Shown: positions 1 to 8,698, numbered from the stretch's first letter. The stretch is 64,000 nt of DNA from Acidobacteriota bacterium (GCA_034667225.1 JAXDKG010000058.1:131452-195451); one strand, 5' to 3'. Program-made: numbers and translations. Notes: generated from the sequence alone by a model not told the origin.

Positions 1-660
1 GATTCAGTAAAGCAACTGAGCTCCGTCGACCTCATAGCAGGCGACTTTGGATGCGGGCCGGGAAGATATCTCCCTCTGCTGAGTCGAAGTTTCTCCACGG
101 TCTATGCAGTAGACTTTTGCAAGGATTTCTTAGCGGCTGCTCAAGAAGCGGCAACCAGGCTCCAGAACATTATATTCATAGAAGCCGATTTAGCGGACCC
201 GCAAGCCAGGCTACAGAAGGTCAATGTAGCTCTGTGTGTCAATGTGCTCCTCGCGCCGTCGCTGCCGAAGATCAACTCGATGCTCAACGTAATTTGGCGG
301 GCCTTACATAGAGGCGGACACCTTTTGCTGGTGGTCCCTTCGCTTGAGTCAGTCTTGTATACAAGATTCAGGCTACGCGAATGGACTTGGCGCAATGCGT
401 CTCTGGGGTCTTCGCAAAGGAGTCTCATGCCTAACCAGCGTTTCAGCGCGTCAATTTGCGATGGGGTCGTCAAACGCGGAACAGCTCCGACCAAACATTA
501 CCTTCGCGAAGAACTTCTTGTCTTGTTGAAAGGAGCGGGGTTCGATGTCCTATCTATAAACAAGGTTGAATACCCTTGGAGTACGGAGTTTTACGATCCG
601 CCCCGAAAATTGCGCGATCCCTATCCCTGGGATTGGCTGCTAATCTGTCAGCGAAAGTAA
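1..660 (+). CDS. class I SAM-dependent methyltransferase (5' partial, runs off window start)
   Basis: Frame 1 is open from base 1 to the stop at 658-660. The translation DSVKQLSSVDLIAGDFGCGPGRYL... carries SAM-binding motif I (DFGCGPG), then VNVLL and LHRGGHLLLVVP. ORF-track entry 244..660 is only the part after an internal Met. G+C looks lower than in the rest of the window. Confidence 0.75.
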   Translation, partial: DSVKQLSSVDLIAGDFGCGPGRYLPLLSRSFSTVYAVDFCKDFLAAAQEAATRLQNIIFIEADLADPQARLQKVNVALCVNVLLAPSLPKINSMLNVIWRALHRGGHLLLVVPSLESVLYTRFRLREWTWRNASLGSSQRSLMPNQRFSASICDGVVKRGTAPTKHYLREELLVLLKGAGFDVLSINKVEYPWSTEFYDPPRKLRDPYPWDWLLICQRK

Positions 661-986
661 CCTCCCTGAATCCAGCCAAGCCACCGAATAGGCTCCGGGC
701 CGAAAGGGTAGAGTCGGCGGCGGGCGCGTTGGCTGTAGGTCGAGGGAGTAGTTGTTACTGGCAGCTTTCACCTGACGCCGGTGCCTCAGTCTCGAAGGGC
801 GCGGGTTGAGTCCCTACGAAGTCGAGATCCTGGGGGCCTGATGCTATCGGCATCCGAGGCCTGCTCTCGCCCCGCCGTCGTCGTCGGATGATCCTCACCT
901 CAAGTCCGGACCTCGAACAGGTTCCAGGCGAGTGTAGAAGCAGGGCCGAGAGGCTCGCGCCTCGTGAGCTTCCGTTCTGCCGCGGC

Positions 987-1035
987 GGTTGACCACAAGC
1001 GTTGGGATTACGTAACCTTGGTCAAGGTTGGTCAA
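987..1035 (+). promoter_or_regulatory. putative promoter/operator of the Phd-type antitoxin gene
   Basis: TTGACC (989-994) and TAACCT (1013-1018) with about an 18-nt spacer. Two direct TTGGTCAA repeats (1018-1025, 1028-1035) have an inverted partner GGTTGACCA (987-995). All lie just upstream of the RBS gggagga (1040-1046) and ATG 1054. Confidence 0.3.
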
Positions 1036-1053
1036 CCACGGGAGGACCCATCC

Positions 1054-1347
1054 ATGTCGGAGATCATCTACGACTTGTACGAGGCCAAGGCGTCCCTCTC
1101 TCGACTGGTCGACCGCGCCGCAAATGGTGAGGAGATCATCCTCTCCAAGGCCGGCAAGCCGCTCGCCAAACTCGTGCCGTACCAGCGGAGTTCCAAGCCT
1201 CGCCAGCCGGGAGGGTGGGAGGGTCAGGTGCGCATTTCGGAGGACTTCGACGCTCCCTTGCCTTTAGAGATCCAAGCCGCTTTGGAGGGCGTGGATGAGG
1301 AGATTCCAGCCCCCACCCGGGAGGGGACAAGCCCCTCCCCTACATAG
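1054..1347 (+). CDS. type II antitoxin, Phd/YefM family (no cognate toxin downstream)
   Basis: MSEIIYDLYEAKASLSRLVDRAANGEEIILSKAGKPLAKLVPY... is a typical Phd/YefM N-terminus. The RBS precedes ATG 1054; the GTG 964 start in the ORF track is probably too long. The last codons and the stop overlap a perfect GC hairpin (1319-1339). Confidence 0.7.
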   Translation: MSEIIYDLYEAKASLSRLVDRAANGEEIILSKAGKPLAKLVPYQRSSKPRQPGGWEGQVRISEDFDAPLPLEIQAALEGVDEEIPAPTREGTSPSPT

Positions 1348-1389
1348 GTATGGGGCGAGCGCCGCCTTGCATAGAGTGGTGCTCTAAGA

Positions 1390-1797
1390 TCAAGCCCCGG
1401 GCGCCAGAACCTTCAACCCACAGGCGACTGCGGCCGCCGCAAAGCTTCCGTCATAGATCACAATCGCCCCGAGGTCATCACCCAAAGACAGCGCCGAGGC
1501 CAGATGGATTGCGTCGAGGGAGCGCAGCACCCTGGGCTCCAGCCGGGCTGCGAGGTCGAGGATGTCGCTGTCGATCTTCAACAGATGAAGGCCTGCCATC
1601 ACCTCTTCGGCGCGCTGCTCGATTGCGGGCTCAGTAGAGGCCCGGCGCGCGGCGCGCACCACCTCGACGCGGGCCAGCTCGCTGGTGACGCAGGCCGGCC
1701 AGGCCGCGAGGCTCTCCAGCAGAGCGACGCTCTCCGCTTCTGACAGGACCAGCTTGACCAGGGCGGAGGAATCCAGGTAGAGCAGCTCGCCGCTCAC
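1390..1797 (-). CDS. vapC: PIN-domain ribonuclease toxin, VapC family
   Basis: LYLDSSALVKLV... (N-terminal acidic Asp) and ...LRSLDAIHLASA... (conserved PIN Asp). 135 aa, placed 1 nt downstream of an antitoxin gene. Confidence 0.8.
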   Translation of the reverse strand: MSGELLYLDSSALVKLVLSEAESVALLESLAAWPACVTSELARVEVVRAARRASTEPAIEQRAEEVMAGLHLLKIDSDILDLAARLEPRVLRSLDAIHLASALSLGDDLGAIVIYDGSFAAAAVACGLKVLAPGA

Positions 1798-1798
1798 C

Positions 1799-2074
1799 TC
1801 AACGTTCCCGGCGCTGCTCTGCGAGCGCCTCCGAGATGGAGATCTCGTGAGACCGGTCCGGCGGCGGGCCCAATTCGGCGAGGTCGAGCCGGGCTGGTAT
1901 CACCCGGCCGGAGGAAACCAATCGCGACAGCACCGAGCTGCCCGGCAAGGGCGCCAGGATGGCGACCGGCAGGTTCCGCTCCGTGACCTCGAAGTGCTCT
2001 CCGGCAGTGACTCTCCGAAGATACTGGCTGAGGTTCTGCCGCAGCTCACGGACACCGACACGTTGAGTTTTCAT
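1799..2074 (-). CDS. type II antitoxin (Phd/YefM-like) paired with VapC
   Basis: MKTQRVGVRELRQNLSQYLRRVTAGEHFEVTERNLPVAILAPL is an antitoxin N-terminal fold. Its stop is adjacent to the vapC start, and an aggagg RBS lies upstream. Confidence 0.75.
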   Translation of the reverse strand: MKTQRVGVRELRQNLSQYLRRVTAGEHFEVTERNLPVAILAPLPGSSVLSRLVSSGRVIPARLDLAELGPPPDRSHEISISEALAEQRRER

Positions 2075-2088
2075 CCTCGCCTCCTATC

Positions 2089-2108
2089 ATGTAGCACAAT
2101 GTAGCACA
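2089..2108. promoter_or_regulatory. perfect tandem 10-bp repeat (ATGTAGCACA x2), candidate VapB operator
   Basis: ATGTAGCACA occurs at 2089-2098 and again at 2099-2108. The repeat starts 15 nt upstream of the antitoxin start codon (2072-2074, minus strand), in the divergent promoter gap shared with the M23 peptidase gene. Confidence 0.4.
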
Positions 2109-2198
2109 CTGGGTGGCTCTCTCCCGCCACAGGAGGAGGTGGTAAAGGTTCGAGGCCACGGACTTGTTATAATCGTGCCCAATCTGAAGGAGGGACCG

Positions 2199-3614
2199 AT
2201 GCACGCTCTGGGAAGAACCTTCCTGCTCGCCGCACTGCTGGCCATTCCCGGTGCCGCCTTTGCCGGCCCGGTAACCGTCGAATTGGTGGAGCTGCCGCTG
2301 CCCCAGGATTCGATCTCCCCGGCGCAGATCGCACGTATCGAGGCGGCCATCGCGGCCCATCAGAAGCGGCAAGGGGCGGCGGCACGGACGGAGATGGATG
2401 ACGCTCCGTTCCTCTTTCCGTTCTTCCCTCAGGCCGGCCTTCCCGGCAAGGACCTGTTCCTCACCAACTTCACCGACCAGGACTCGCTCCCGGGCCTGAT
2501 CCGGGACTGGGACTGCTCCGATTACACCTATGACGGCCACCAGGGCCACGACTCCGTGATCCGGAGCTTTCGCGAGCAGGCCATCGGCGTGCCGGTCTTT
2601 GCCGTGCGCGACGGCGTGGTCGTGGACGCTCACGACGGGGAGCCGGACATGAACACGGAGTGGCGAAACGGCGCCCTCGCCAACTACGTGGTCGTCGATC
2701 ATGGAGGTGGCTACACGGCCTGGTACCTCCACTTCAAGCTGGGCAGCGTGGCGGTGGCGCCCGGGCAGCACGTGACCGCCGGAACACAGCTCGGTTTGAC
2801 CGGCAGCAGTGGCTTCAGCAACTGGCCACACCTCCATTTCGAGACGCGGAAGGACGGCCGCTGGGTTGAGCCGTCCGCCGGCCCGTGCCGCTCGGGAGAC
2901 AGCCTCTGGGAATCCCAGCCGCCCGTCGTGCGGGACTTCTACGTGGCCGACTTCCTGCTGACACCGGGCAGGCTGTCGATCCCGGACAAAGACACCTGGC
3001 TCCTCGACGAGGCGGCGCGGACGGGAACGTTCGTCAAAGGGCTGCAGACGTTGAGCGCGCGCCTGGACCTGCGAAATCTGCCCGCGAGGTCCACCTACCG
3101 CGTTTCGATCGTGAACCCCCGCGGCAAGGTGGCCATGGAGCTATCGGATGCGTTCGATAATCCCGGCCCCTTCTACCTTGGCCTGGGATTGTTCTGGTTC
3201 GACGTCAATCTGGATGTCCCGGGGAAATGGCGTCTTCGTGCCGACATCAACGGCGGCAGAGCCGTCGACGTACCGTTCACGGTGGTCGCCAACTCCAAGC
3301 AGGTGAAGAACCGCCCGCCGAACAAGGTCACGTCGCGGCTGTCGCCGAAGAGCCCGGTAGAGGGGGAGGTCATGGTCTGCGAGGTCCAGACTTCCCTCGT
3401 CTCGGAGGATCCGGACTTCGACGTCGTGCGTTACCGCTACGAGTGGAGGGTCAACGGGCGGATGGTGCGATCGGTCACGAGCGCGGCGCTGACGGACCTC
3501 CTGTCCGCCGGTACCGCGCGGGCGAAGGACAGAGTCACCTGCAAGGTCACCCCTTCGGACGGCCGGAGGAACGGTCCTGCGTCCACAGCGGGCCGTGCCG
3601 TCGAAGAACCGTAG
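2199..3614 (+). CDS. secreted M23 family metallopeptidase with C-terminal beta-rich extension
   Basis: HQGHDSVIRSF ... VVDHGGGYTAWYLHF ... GSSGFSNWPHLHFE are M23 (HxxxD, HxH) motifs. Signal peptide MHALGRTFLLAALLAIPGAAFA. RBS gaaggaggg precedes ATG 2199. Confidence 0.8.
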   Translation: MHALGRTFLLAALLAIPGAAFAGPVTVELVELPLPQDSISPAQIARIEAAIAAHQKRQGAAARTEMDDAPFLFPFFPQAGLPGKDLFLTNFTDQDSLPGLIRDWDCSDYTYDGHQGHDSVIRSFREQAIGVPVFAVRDGVVVDAHDGEPDMNTEWRNGALANYVVVDHGGGYTAWYLHFKLGSVAVAPGQHVTAGTQLGLTGSSGFSNWPHLHFETRKDGRWVEPSAGPCRSGDSLWESQPPVVRDFYVADFLLTPGRLSIPDKDTWLLDEAARTGTFVKGLQTLSARLDLRNLPARSTYRVSIVNPRGKVAMELSDAFDNPGPFYLGLGLFWFDVNLDVPGKWRLRADINGGRAVDVPFTVVANSKQVKNRPPNKVTSRLSPKSPVEGEVMVCEVQTSLVSEDPDFDVVRYRYEWRVNGRMVRSVTSAALTDLLSAGTARAKDRVTCKVTPSDGRRNGPASTAGRAVEEP

Positions 3615-3702
3615 GTCTCCCATGCTGCGATGAAATAGGACCCTCTTCCAGGACACTGACTACTGAACGCTTAACCGGGATGACATCCCAGGAGCTGCAA
3701 GC

Positions 3703-4623
3703 ATGCGCTTCAACCCGCTGACCTCCCGCTCGACCTGGAATCGGCTTGCCATCGGGTGGCTCTCTGTCGTCACAAGCCTGCTCGTCGCCTTACCGATCCT
3801 GGCCCAGGCTGGAGCTCCGGGCACGACGAAGATGATCGACGTGGGCGGACTCAAGCTGCGGGCGCAGATCGACGGGCCGGCTCGCGAGGGTCAACCCACG
3901 GTTGTGCTCGTCAGCGCATTTGGCGACAGTCTGGAAACCTGGAAGCTCGTGCAGCCGGCGGTGGCCCAATTCGCGCGCGTCGTGGCCTATGACCGTGCGG
4001 GCCTCGGACAGTCCGAAGCGGATGACGCTCCGCCGACGCCGCAACGGATCGCGACTCAGCTCCATACTCTCCTCCAGAACGCCGGGATCAAACCGCCTTA
4101 TGTGCTGGTGGGACATTCGATCGGGGGACCGTACGTCCGCATGTTCGCGGGTCTGTATCCGAGCGAGGTTGCGGGACTGGTCTATGTCGATCCTAGCGAC
4201 TTCACCCAGACCCGGGCCGACCAACTGGCCATCTGGACCGAGCTCGGCGCTGGCGAAGCAGGTATGCTCGCCGCAGAGAAAGCCCAGTGGCAGCAGTTTG
4301 CGGAAGCGCCGCCGGCTATGCGCGCCGAGGCGCAGGTCGCAGAGCAACTGTACAAGAATGGATGGGCGGACTTCTTTTCCCTTCCACCCGTGCCTGACGT
4401 CCCCGTCGTCATCCTCATGGCGACCAAGGTCGACATGCCGCCTGAAGTGAAGGCCGTCTTCGGGAAGCAGCGGATCATGCACCTCGCCAAGTGGGCCGTC
4501 GACGTTTCCGACGGGATGCTCGTCATGACGGGCCGCAGCGGTCACTACATCCAGCAATCCGAGCCGGATCTGGTCACCTGGGCGGTCCGGAGAGCGCTCA
4601 AGCTGGATTCCGGCCAACCTTAG
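3703..4623 (+). CDS. secreted alpha/beta-fold hydrolase
   Basis: Nucleophile elbow VLVGHSIGGPY, an N-terminal signal peptide ending AQA, and a C-terminal GHYIQQSEPD (catalytic His region). Confidence 0.8.
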   Translation: MRFNPLTSRSTWNRLAIGWLSVVTSLLVALPILAQAGAPGTTKMIDVGGLKLRAQIDGPAREGQPTVVLVSAFGDSLETWKLVQPAVAQFARVVAYDRAGLGQSEADDAPPTPQRIATQLHTLLQNAGIKPPYVLVGHSIGGPYVRMFAGLYPSEVAGLVYVDPSDFTQTRADQLAIWTELGAGEAGMLAAEKAQWQQFAEAPPAMRAEAQVAEQLYKNGWADFFSLPPVPDVPVVILMATKVDMPPEVKAVFGKQRIMHLAKWAVDVSDGMLVMTGRSGHYIQQSEPDLVTWAVRRALKLDSGQP

Positions 4624-4734
4624 GCCCCGGGCGACAGGACCCCTCCCGCTTCTCTCCCTGCTATGGTTCGCCTCGCGGCATCACTACCAACAGTATTGGA
4701 GCCATACTCACAGAGGTCATAGGAGGTGCGAGCG

Positions 4735-5217
4735 ATGACGTTCGAGGAATTCGCCGTAGAAGAGCTCGAGAAGCCAGGCATGTCGATGCTGCTCACGTGC
4801 ATCGACTACCGCTACGCCAACCGGATCGTGGATACGATGCAGCGGTTATCCTTGAGCGGGTCCTACGACCAGTTCATTCTTGCAGGTGCCTCGCTCGGAG
4901 CCTGCCGGCTGGATTGGCAGAAGGTGCTCGTGGAGCACATCGAAGGCGCGATCGCTCTCGGGCACGACATCAGGCGGATCGTCATTCTCGACCACCGCGA
5001 TTGCGGCGCGTATAAAAATCCGGGAAAGCTCAAGATCCCCAAAGAGATTCTCGAGCACGGGCTGCCTTCGGATGTCCTGCCCAGCGTGGAGAAAGCGTGC
5101 CACCAGGACGTGCTGTCGAAGCTGATCCCCATGCTCAAGAGGCACCCTGTGATCGCCAGAATGGAGTTCCGAGCCTTGCTGCTGACGCGCGATGAGGATG
5201 ATGAGTTGAAGGCATGA
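4735..5217 (+). CDS. small protein with beta-carbonic-anhydrase-like metal-site motifs (function unknown)
   Basis: LLTCIDYR (CxDxR) and ILDHRDCGAYK (HxxC) are spaced as in beta-class carbonic anhydrases. AGGAGG lies 8 nt upstream of ATG 4735. Confidence 0.5.
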   Translation: MTFEEFAVEELEKPGMSMLLTCIDYRYANRIVDTMQRLSLSGSYDQFILAGASLGACRLDWQKVLVEHIEGAIALGHDIRRIVILDHRDCGAYKNPGKLKIPKEILEHGLPSDVLPSVEKACHQDVLSKLIPMLKRHPVIARMEFRALLLTRDEDDELKA

Positions 5218-5261
5218 GGCTCGGCTTCTGGGCCGGCCAGCGGCCGGCCCAGAAGCACACA

Positions 5262-6491
5262 CTATTTCTTCGGTATCGGGCTGAAACCCGGCTCGCTCGT
5301 CGGAGGCACGATGTCCTTCAGCCGCATGTAGGTGACGAGGTTCTCGTAGTGCCCCGCATTGTGCAGGTTGTTGACGTTCAGCACGCCCAGTTTCGGGGTG
5401 TCGCGTCCGAAAAACTTCACCATCTGAGAAGCGGACGCGTCGGTCAGTCCGCCATAGGCCTTGTCGCAGTAGGCAAAGGCTTCCTTGAGCGCGGCGATCA
5501 GATCGGTTTTCGCGGTTTTGGTCTTCTCGACATTCGGGGCGGGATTCTTCTCGCCGAGCATGATGGAGCAAAACCTGTACTGCGAGTCGGCGATGTGTCC
5601 AACGATCTGGCCGTAGCTGCGGACAACCTCCGTCGGCTTGAAGCCATAAAACTCCTCAGGCACTTTTTCGGCCGAGCGGAGCAGGACGTCCTTCGTTCCT
5701 CCGTATAGCATCTTGTTGTGCTCGCTGAGTGGATTTCCCTGGGCCAGGGCGGCGGCTGGCGCAAGAAGACAGATCAGAAGTGCCGGCAGAAGTGTTCGCA
5801 TTTTTTCTCCGATGCTGTTAAGGGCGGGCGCGGGCGAGGTCCGCCTGGTACGGACGCGCCACAGCCAATAAAACATGACCAGGAGCGGTAGAAATGCTGG
5901 AATCGCGAGCAGACCGGGAATCTGGAGGGCCTTCGGAAATTCATCTGCCTGCCCGAGAAAGAATGATGAAGCCGCAATCCACAGCGCGAAGCACATGCGC
6001 CACAGATGCCTTGCAAGCCGAGGCGCGCCCTGAAGGCCGCTCGACCGCATCATCCGCAGATCGCCTACGCTCGCCAGCAGTGCGACTGCACCAAAGATGA
6101 AAAACATCACAGGCGGGACCCCGTCCCTTTTGCCATTTTCATTGCCACCGGTGAGCGCCTCGTACCCCAGCGTGACACTTGTCAGGCCTAGTGCCAGCGC
6201 CATGAGCATGGCACCGAGATCCAGCCGGCGTGACCCTGAAGAGGCGGGCCGCATTGTGGTCAGCGCGGTGATCACCAGATAGGCCGTCAGCAACCCCGCG
6301 ATCACCGAGCTCTCCACGCCGCGCAAAGCCGCGATCACCGCCCCGGTGATCCCCATCGTGACCATCGCATAGACAAACAGCATCCCGCTCTTGCGATGCA
6401 GCCTCGCCCCCTTCGCTGCGTAGAGCGCAACAAAGCCAAAAATCAGTCCCAGCCCACCTGCGACGATATGTACGAGCAACGTCATGCGCAC
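5262..6491 (-). CDS. single ORF: N-terminal polytopic membrane domain (DUF2306-like) fused in frame to a DinB-family domain
   Basis: The N-terminal 230 aa contain several hydrophobic helices (MRMTLLVHIVAGGLGLIFGFVALYAAKGARLHRKSG...). The C-terminal 179 aa start with their own signal-peptide-like MRTLLPALLICLLAPAAALA (Met at 5799-5801) and carry DinB-like motifs (YGQIVGHIADSQY, NAGHYENLVTYMR). No stop codon separates the two parts. Confidence 0.6.
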   Translation of the reverse strand: MRMTLLVHIVAGGLGLIFGFVALYAAKGARLHRKSGMLFVYAMVTMGITGAVIAALRGVESSVIAGLLTAYLVITALTTMRPASSGSRRLDLGAMLMALALGLTSVTLGYEALTGGNENGKRDGVPPVMFFIFGAVALLASVGDLRMMRSSGLQGAPRLARHLWRMCFALWIAASSFFLGQADEFPKALQIPGLLAIPAFLPLLVMFYWLWRVRTRRTSPAPALNSIGEKMRTLLPALLICLLAPAAALAQGNPLSEHNKMLYGGTKDVLLRSAEKVPEEFYGFKPTEVVRSYGQIVGHIADSQYRFCSIMLGEKNPAPNVEKTKTAKTDLIAALKEAFAYCDKAYGGLTDASASQMVKFFGRDTPKLGVLNVNNLHNAGHYENLVTYMRLKDIVPPTSEPGFSPIPKK

Positions 6492-6568
6492 GGATATCCT
6501 CCCGACACGAGATGTGTGTCAGCCAGCGATTGAGTCGAGCTGTACGGCGAATCAGGCGTGCAGGAAAA

Positions 6569-7396
6569 TCAGGCCGGTTCGCGGCTACGTCGCAGCCGCA
6601 CCGCCGCGGCGAGGCACGCCGCAGCGAACACCAGACCGGCCCAGAGACCGGGACTGCTCAGGAATCTCACCGGATCGAGTTGCGAGAGCCGAAGGATCGG
6701 GACCTTGACCGGGTCGGCGGCGAAAGCCTCCACCATGGCGCCCTGTACGCGGTACTTAAGCAGGGAGGCGAAATGCGAAGTGCCGAACGCAAGCCGTTCG
6801 ACGATAAGGATCGCGAAAAAGGGGAGCACGGCCCATAAGAATGACGCGCGCCGGGCCCATGCGGATACCAGCAGCAGCCAGCCGTAGATAGGCGCAAACC
6901 AGAGCACATGCGCGGCCAGGCCGTAGAACATCACCAGCGGCATCTGGAGCAAAGGCAACCGGCTCCAGAGCGTCGCGGGATTCACTCCGTTCACCAGCAG
7001 GACTGCGGTGCTCAGCAGCAGCATGACCAACTGCGTGGCAAGAGCAATCGCGAAGGTGAGCAGCGGCTGGACGGCAAGGGGGATGCTCGCCTTTGAAAGG
7101 ACGGTTGTGCGATCCGAAACCGGCAGCGACTTCCAGAACAGGATGCTGCGGTCGCGCCGCTCGCTGTTCAGCGCGTCGAGACAGTAGAACACCGCGACGA
7201 TGAACCCGGCCATGAGGATCGCGGATGCAGCGGCGCTGTATGGCAAGGCGGCCGAGATGTGCCGGCGCGACAGGCGGATCGTGCTGATCAGGAAGGCGAA
7301 CAGAGAGAGGCCGGCGACAGCCAGCGGTGCGATGTAGACCGAACGGTTCTCCCACAATTCACGCCGGACAGACCAATACATCGGCCGGGGATTCAT
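6569..7396 (-). CDS. integral membrane protein, putative ABC-2 type permease partner
   Basis: Start MNPRPMYWSVRRELWENRSVYIAPLAVAGLSLFAF. Six or so hydrophobic segments. Its ATG overlaps the stop of the upstream ABC ATPase gene (ATGA, 7393-7396). Confidence 0.65.
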   Translation of the reverse strand: MNPRPMYWSVRRELWENRSVYIAPLAVAGLSLFAFLISTIRLSRRHISAALPYSAAASAILMAGFIVAVFYCLDALNSERRDRSILFWKSLPVSDRTTVLSKASIPLAVQPLLTFAIALATQLVMLLLSTAVLLVNGVNPATLWSRLPLLQMPLVMFYGLAAHVLWFAPIYGWLLLVSAWARRASFLWAVLPFFAILIVERLAFGTSHFASLLKYRVQGAMVEAFAADPVKVPILRLSQLDPVRFLSSPGLWAGLVFAAACLAAAVRLRRSREPA

Positions 7397-8244
7397 CGAC
7401 CCTCTCCAATCACGGCGACGAACACGTCGGCGATGCTGGGCGTGCGCACGTCGCCGAGCGCGGCGAGTTGATGACGATCGGCCCCATCGAACAGCAGGAT
7501 GCTGCGGCCGAACACCTGGCGCTCGTGAATCGGCCCCAGTGCCCGCGCCGCGGCGGCATTGTCGGGATGCACCATCACCTGCGCATAGCGCGACTCGACG
7601 TCTTCCATGCTGCAACCGAGCACGATGCGGCCGCGGTCGATGAACAGGATATCGGTGAGGACGTCCTGGATCTCCTCCACCTGATGTGTCGTCACCACGA
7701 TGGTGCGGCTCCGATCGAAGTAGTCGTTCAGAAGTGAGTCGTAGAACTGTTTGCGGTACAGGAGGTCCAGGCCGATCGTCGGCTCGTCGAGCACCAGCAA
7801 TCTCGCGTCGATGGCCATGACCAGAGCGAGGTGCAACTGGGTCACCATGCCTTTTGACAACTCTCTGACCCTGCTGGCGTGCTTGATGGCGGTCTTCGCA
7901 AGGAAACCTTCCGCCTTCGCCCGATCGAATCGCGGATGCACGCCGGCGACGTAGTCGAGCACCTGCGAGACCCGTATCCAGCGCGGCAGCACGGCGACAT
8001 CGGCAATGAAGGCGACATCGCGCATGAGGTGATCGCGCTCGGTCCAGGGGTCGCGTCCGAGCACCTTGAGCTCTCCCTGGTAGGGAGTGAGGCCGAGGAT
8101 CGCGTTGAGGGCGGTGGTCTTGCCTGCGCCGTTGGGGCCGATGAGCCCGAGGACACGGCCCTCTTCCACGCGCAGATCGATGCCGTCGAGCGCTATGGAT
8201 GTGCCGAAGGCCTTGCGCAGGCCTCGTGCTTCTATGGCTACCAT
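7393..8244 (-). CDS. ABC transporter ATP-binding protein
   Basis: Walker A GPNGAGKTT, signature LSKGMVTQL, Walker B LLVLDEPT. Start MVAIEARGLRKAF at 8244, 2 nt after the GntR stop. The ORF-track 401-aa version is over-extended. Confidence 0.85.
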   Translation of the reverse strand: MVAIEARGLRKAFGTSIALDGIDLRVEEGRVLGLIGPNGAGKTTALNAILGLTPYQGELKVLGRDPWTERDHLMRDVAFIADVAVLPRWIRVSQVLDYVAGVHPRFDRAKAEGFLAKTAIKHASRVRELSKGMVTQLHLALVMAIDARLLVLDEPTIGLDLLYRKQFYDSLLNDYFDRSRTIVVTTHQVEEIQDVLTDILFIDRGRIVLGCSMEDVESRYAQVMVHPDNAAAARALGPIHERQVFGRSILLFDGADRHQLAALGDVRTPSIADVFVAVIGEGR

Positions 8245-8246
8245 CT

Positions 8247-8609
8247 TCAGCGCTCCTCCTCTGGAGGTTTCAGCAGCTCTTCCGGCGTCAGGCCGAGCCG
8301 CTGGATGGTTGCGTAAATCCTGGGCCACTGCTCGGCAAGAAACTTCTGACGTTCGCCATCCAGCAGCAGATTGCGCGCCCCGGGTTTGATGAACATGCCG
8401 AGGCCTCGCTTCTTCTCGACAAGCTGCTCGTCGACCAGTTGTTGATAGCCCTTCATGACCGTGATCGGATTCACCCGATATTCGGCCGCGACATTGCGCA
8501 CGGACGGCAGCGGATCGCCTTCCTTGAGCACGCCGTCGAGGATCAGCTCGACGATACGGTCCCGAAGCTGGCGGTAAATCGGCTGACTGTCGTTCCATTC
8601 GCGATCCAT
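8247..8609 (-). CDS. GntR family transcriptional regulator, YtrA-like (short C-terminus)
   Basis: IYRQLRDRIVELILDGVLKEGDPLPSVRNVAAEYRVNPITVMKGYQQL is a GntR winged-HTH. At 120 aa and first gene of a GntR-ABC-permease operon, it fits the YtrA subfamily. Confidence 0.85.
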   Translation of the reverse strand: MDREWNDSQPIYRQLRDRIVELILDGVLKEGDPLPSVRNVAAEYRVNPITVMKGYQQLVDEQLVEKKRGLGMFIKPGARNLLLDGERQKFLAEQWPRIYATIQRLGLTPEELLKPPEEER

Positions 8610-8637
8610 CCTGTGTTTCCTGCGCCCCCTCTAGTGG

Positions 8638-8651
8638 TGTAGTTAACTACA
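8638..8651. promoter_or_regulatory. perfect 14-bp palindrome TGTAGTTAACTACA, candidate YtrA-type operator
   Basis: Self-complementary over all 14 nt, starting 29 nt upstream of the GntR start (8609). It has the GT...AC core typical of GntR-family operators. Confidence 0.5.
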
Positions 8652-8698
8652 ACACCATCTCACATGTCAAGCGGCGGTCTGCTAGGATCGGCCGCATC

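Noticed and set aside
741-830. tRNA-like T-arm sequence (GCGGGTTGAGTCCC), possibly a tRNA gene or integration-site remnant.
   Set aside because: The T loop is one nt short, the stem does not pair (GCGGG versus CCTAC), and I could not build an acceptor or anticodon arm. At best it is a degenerate fragment.
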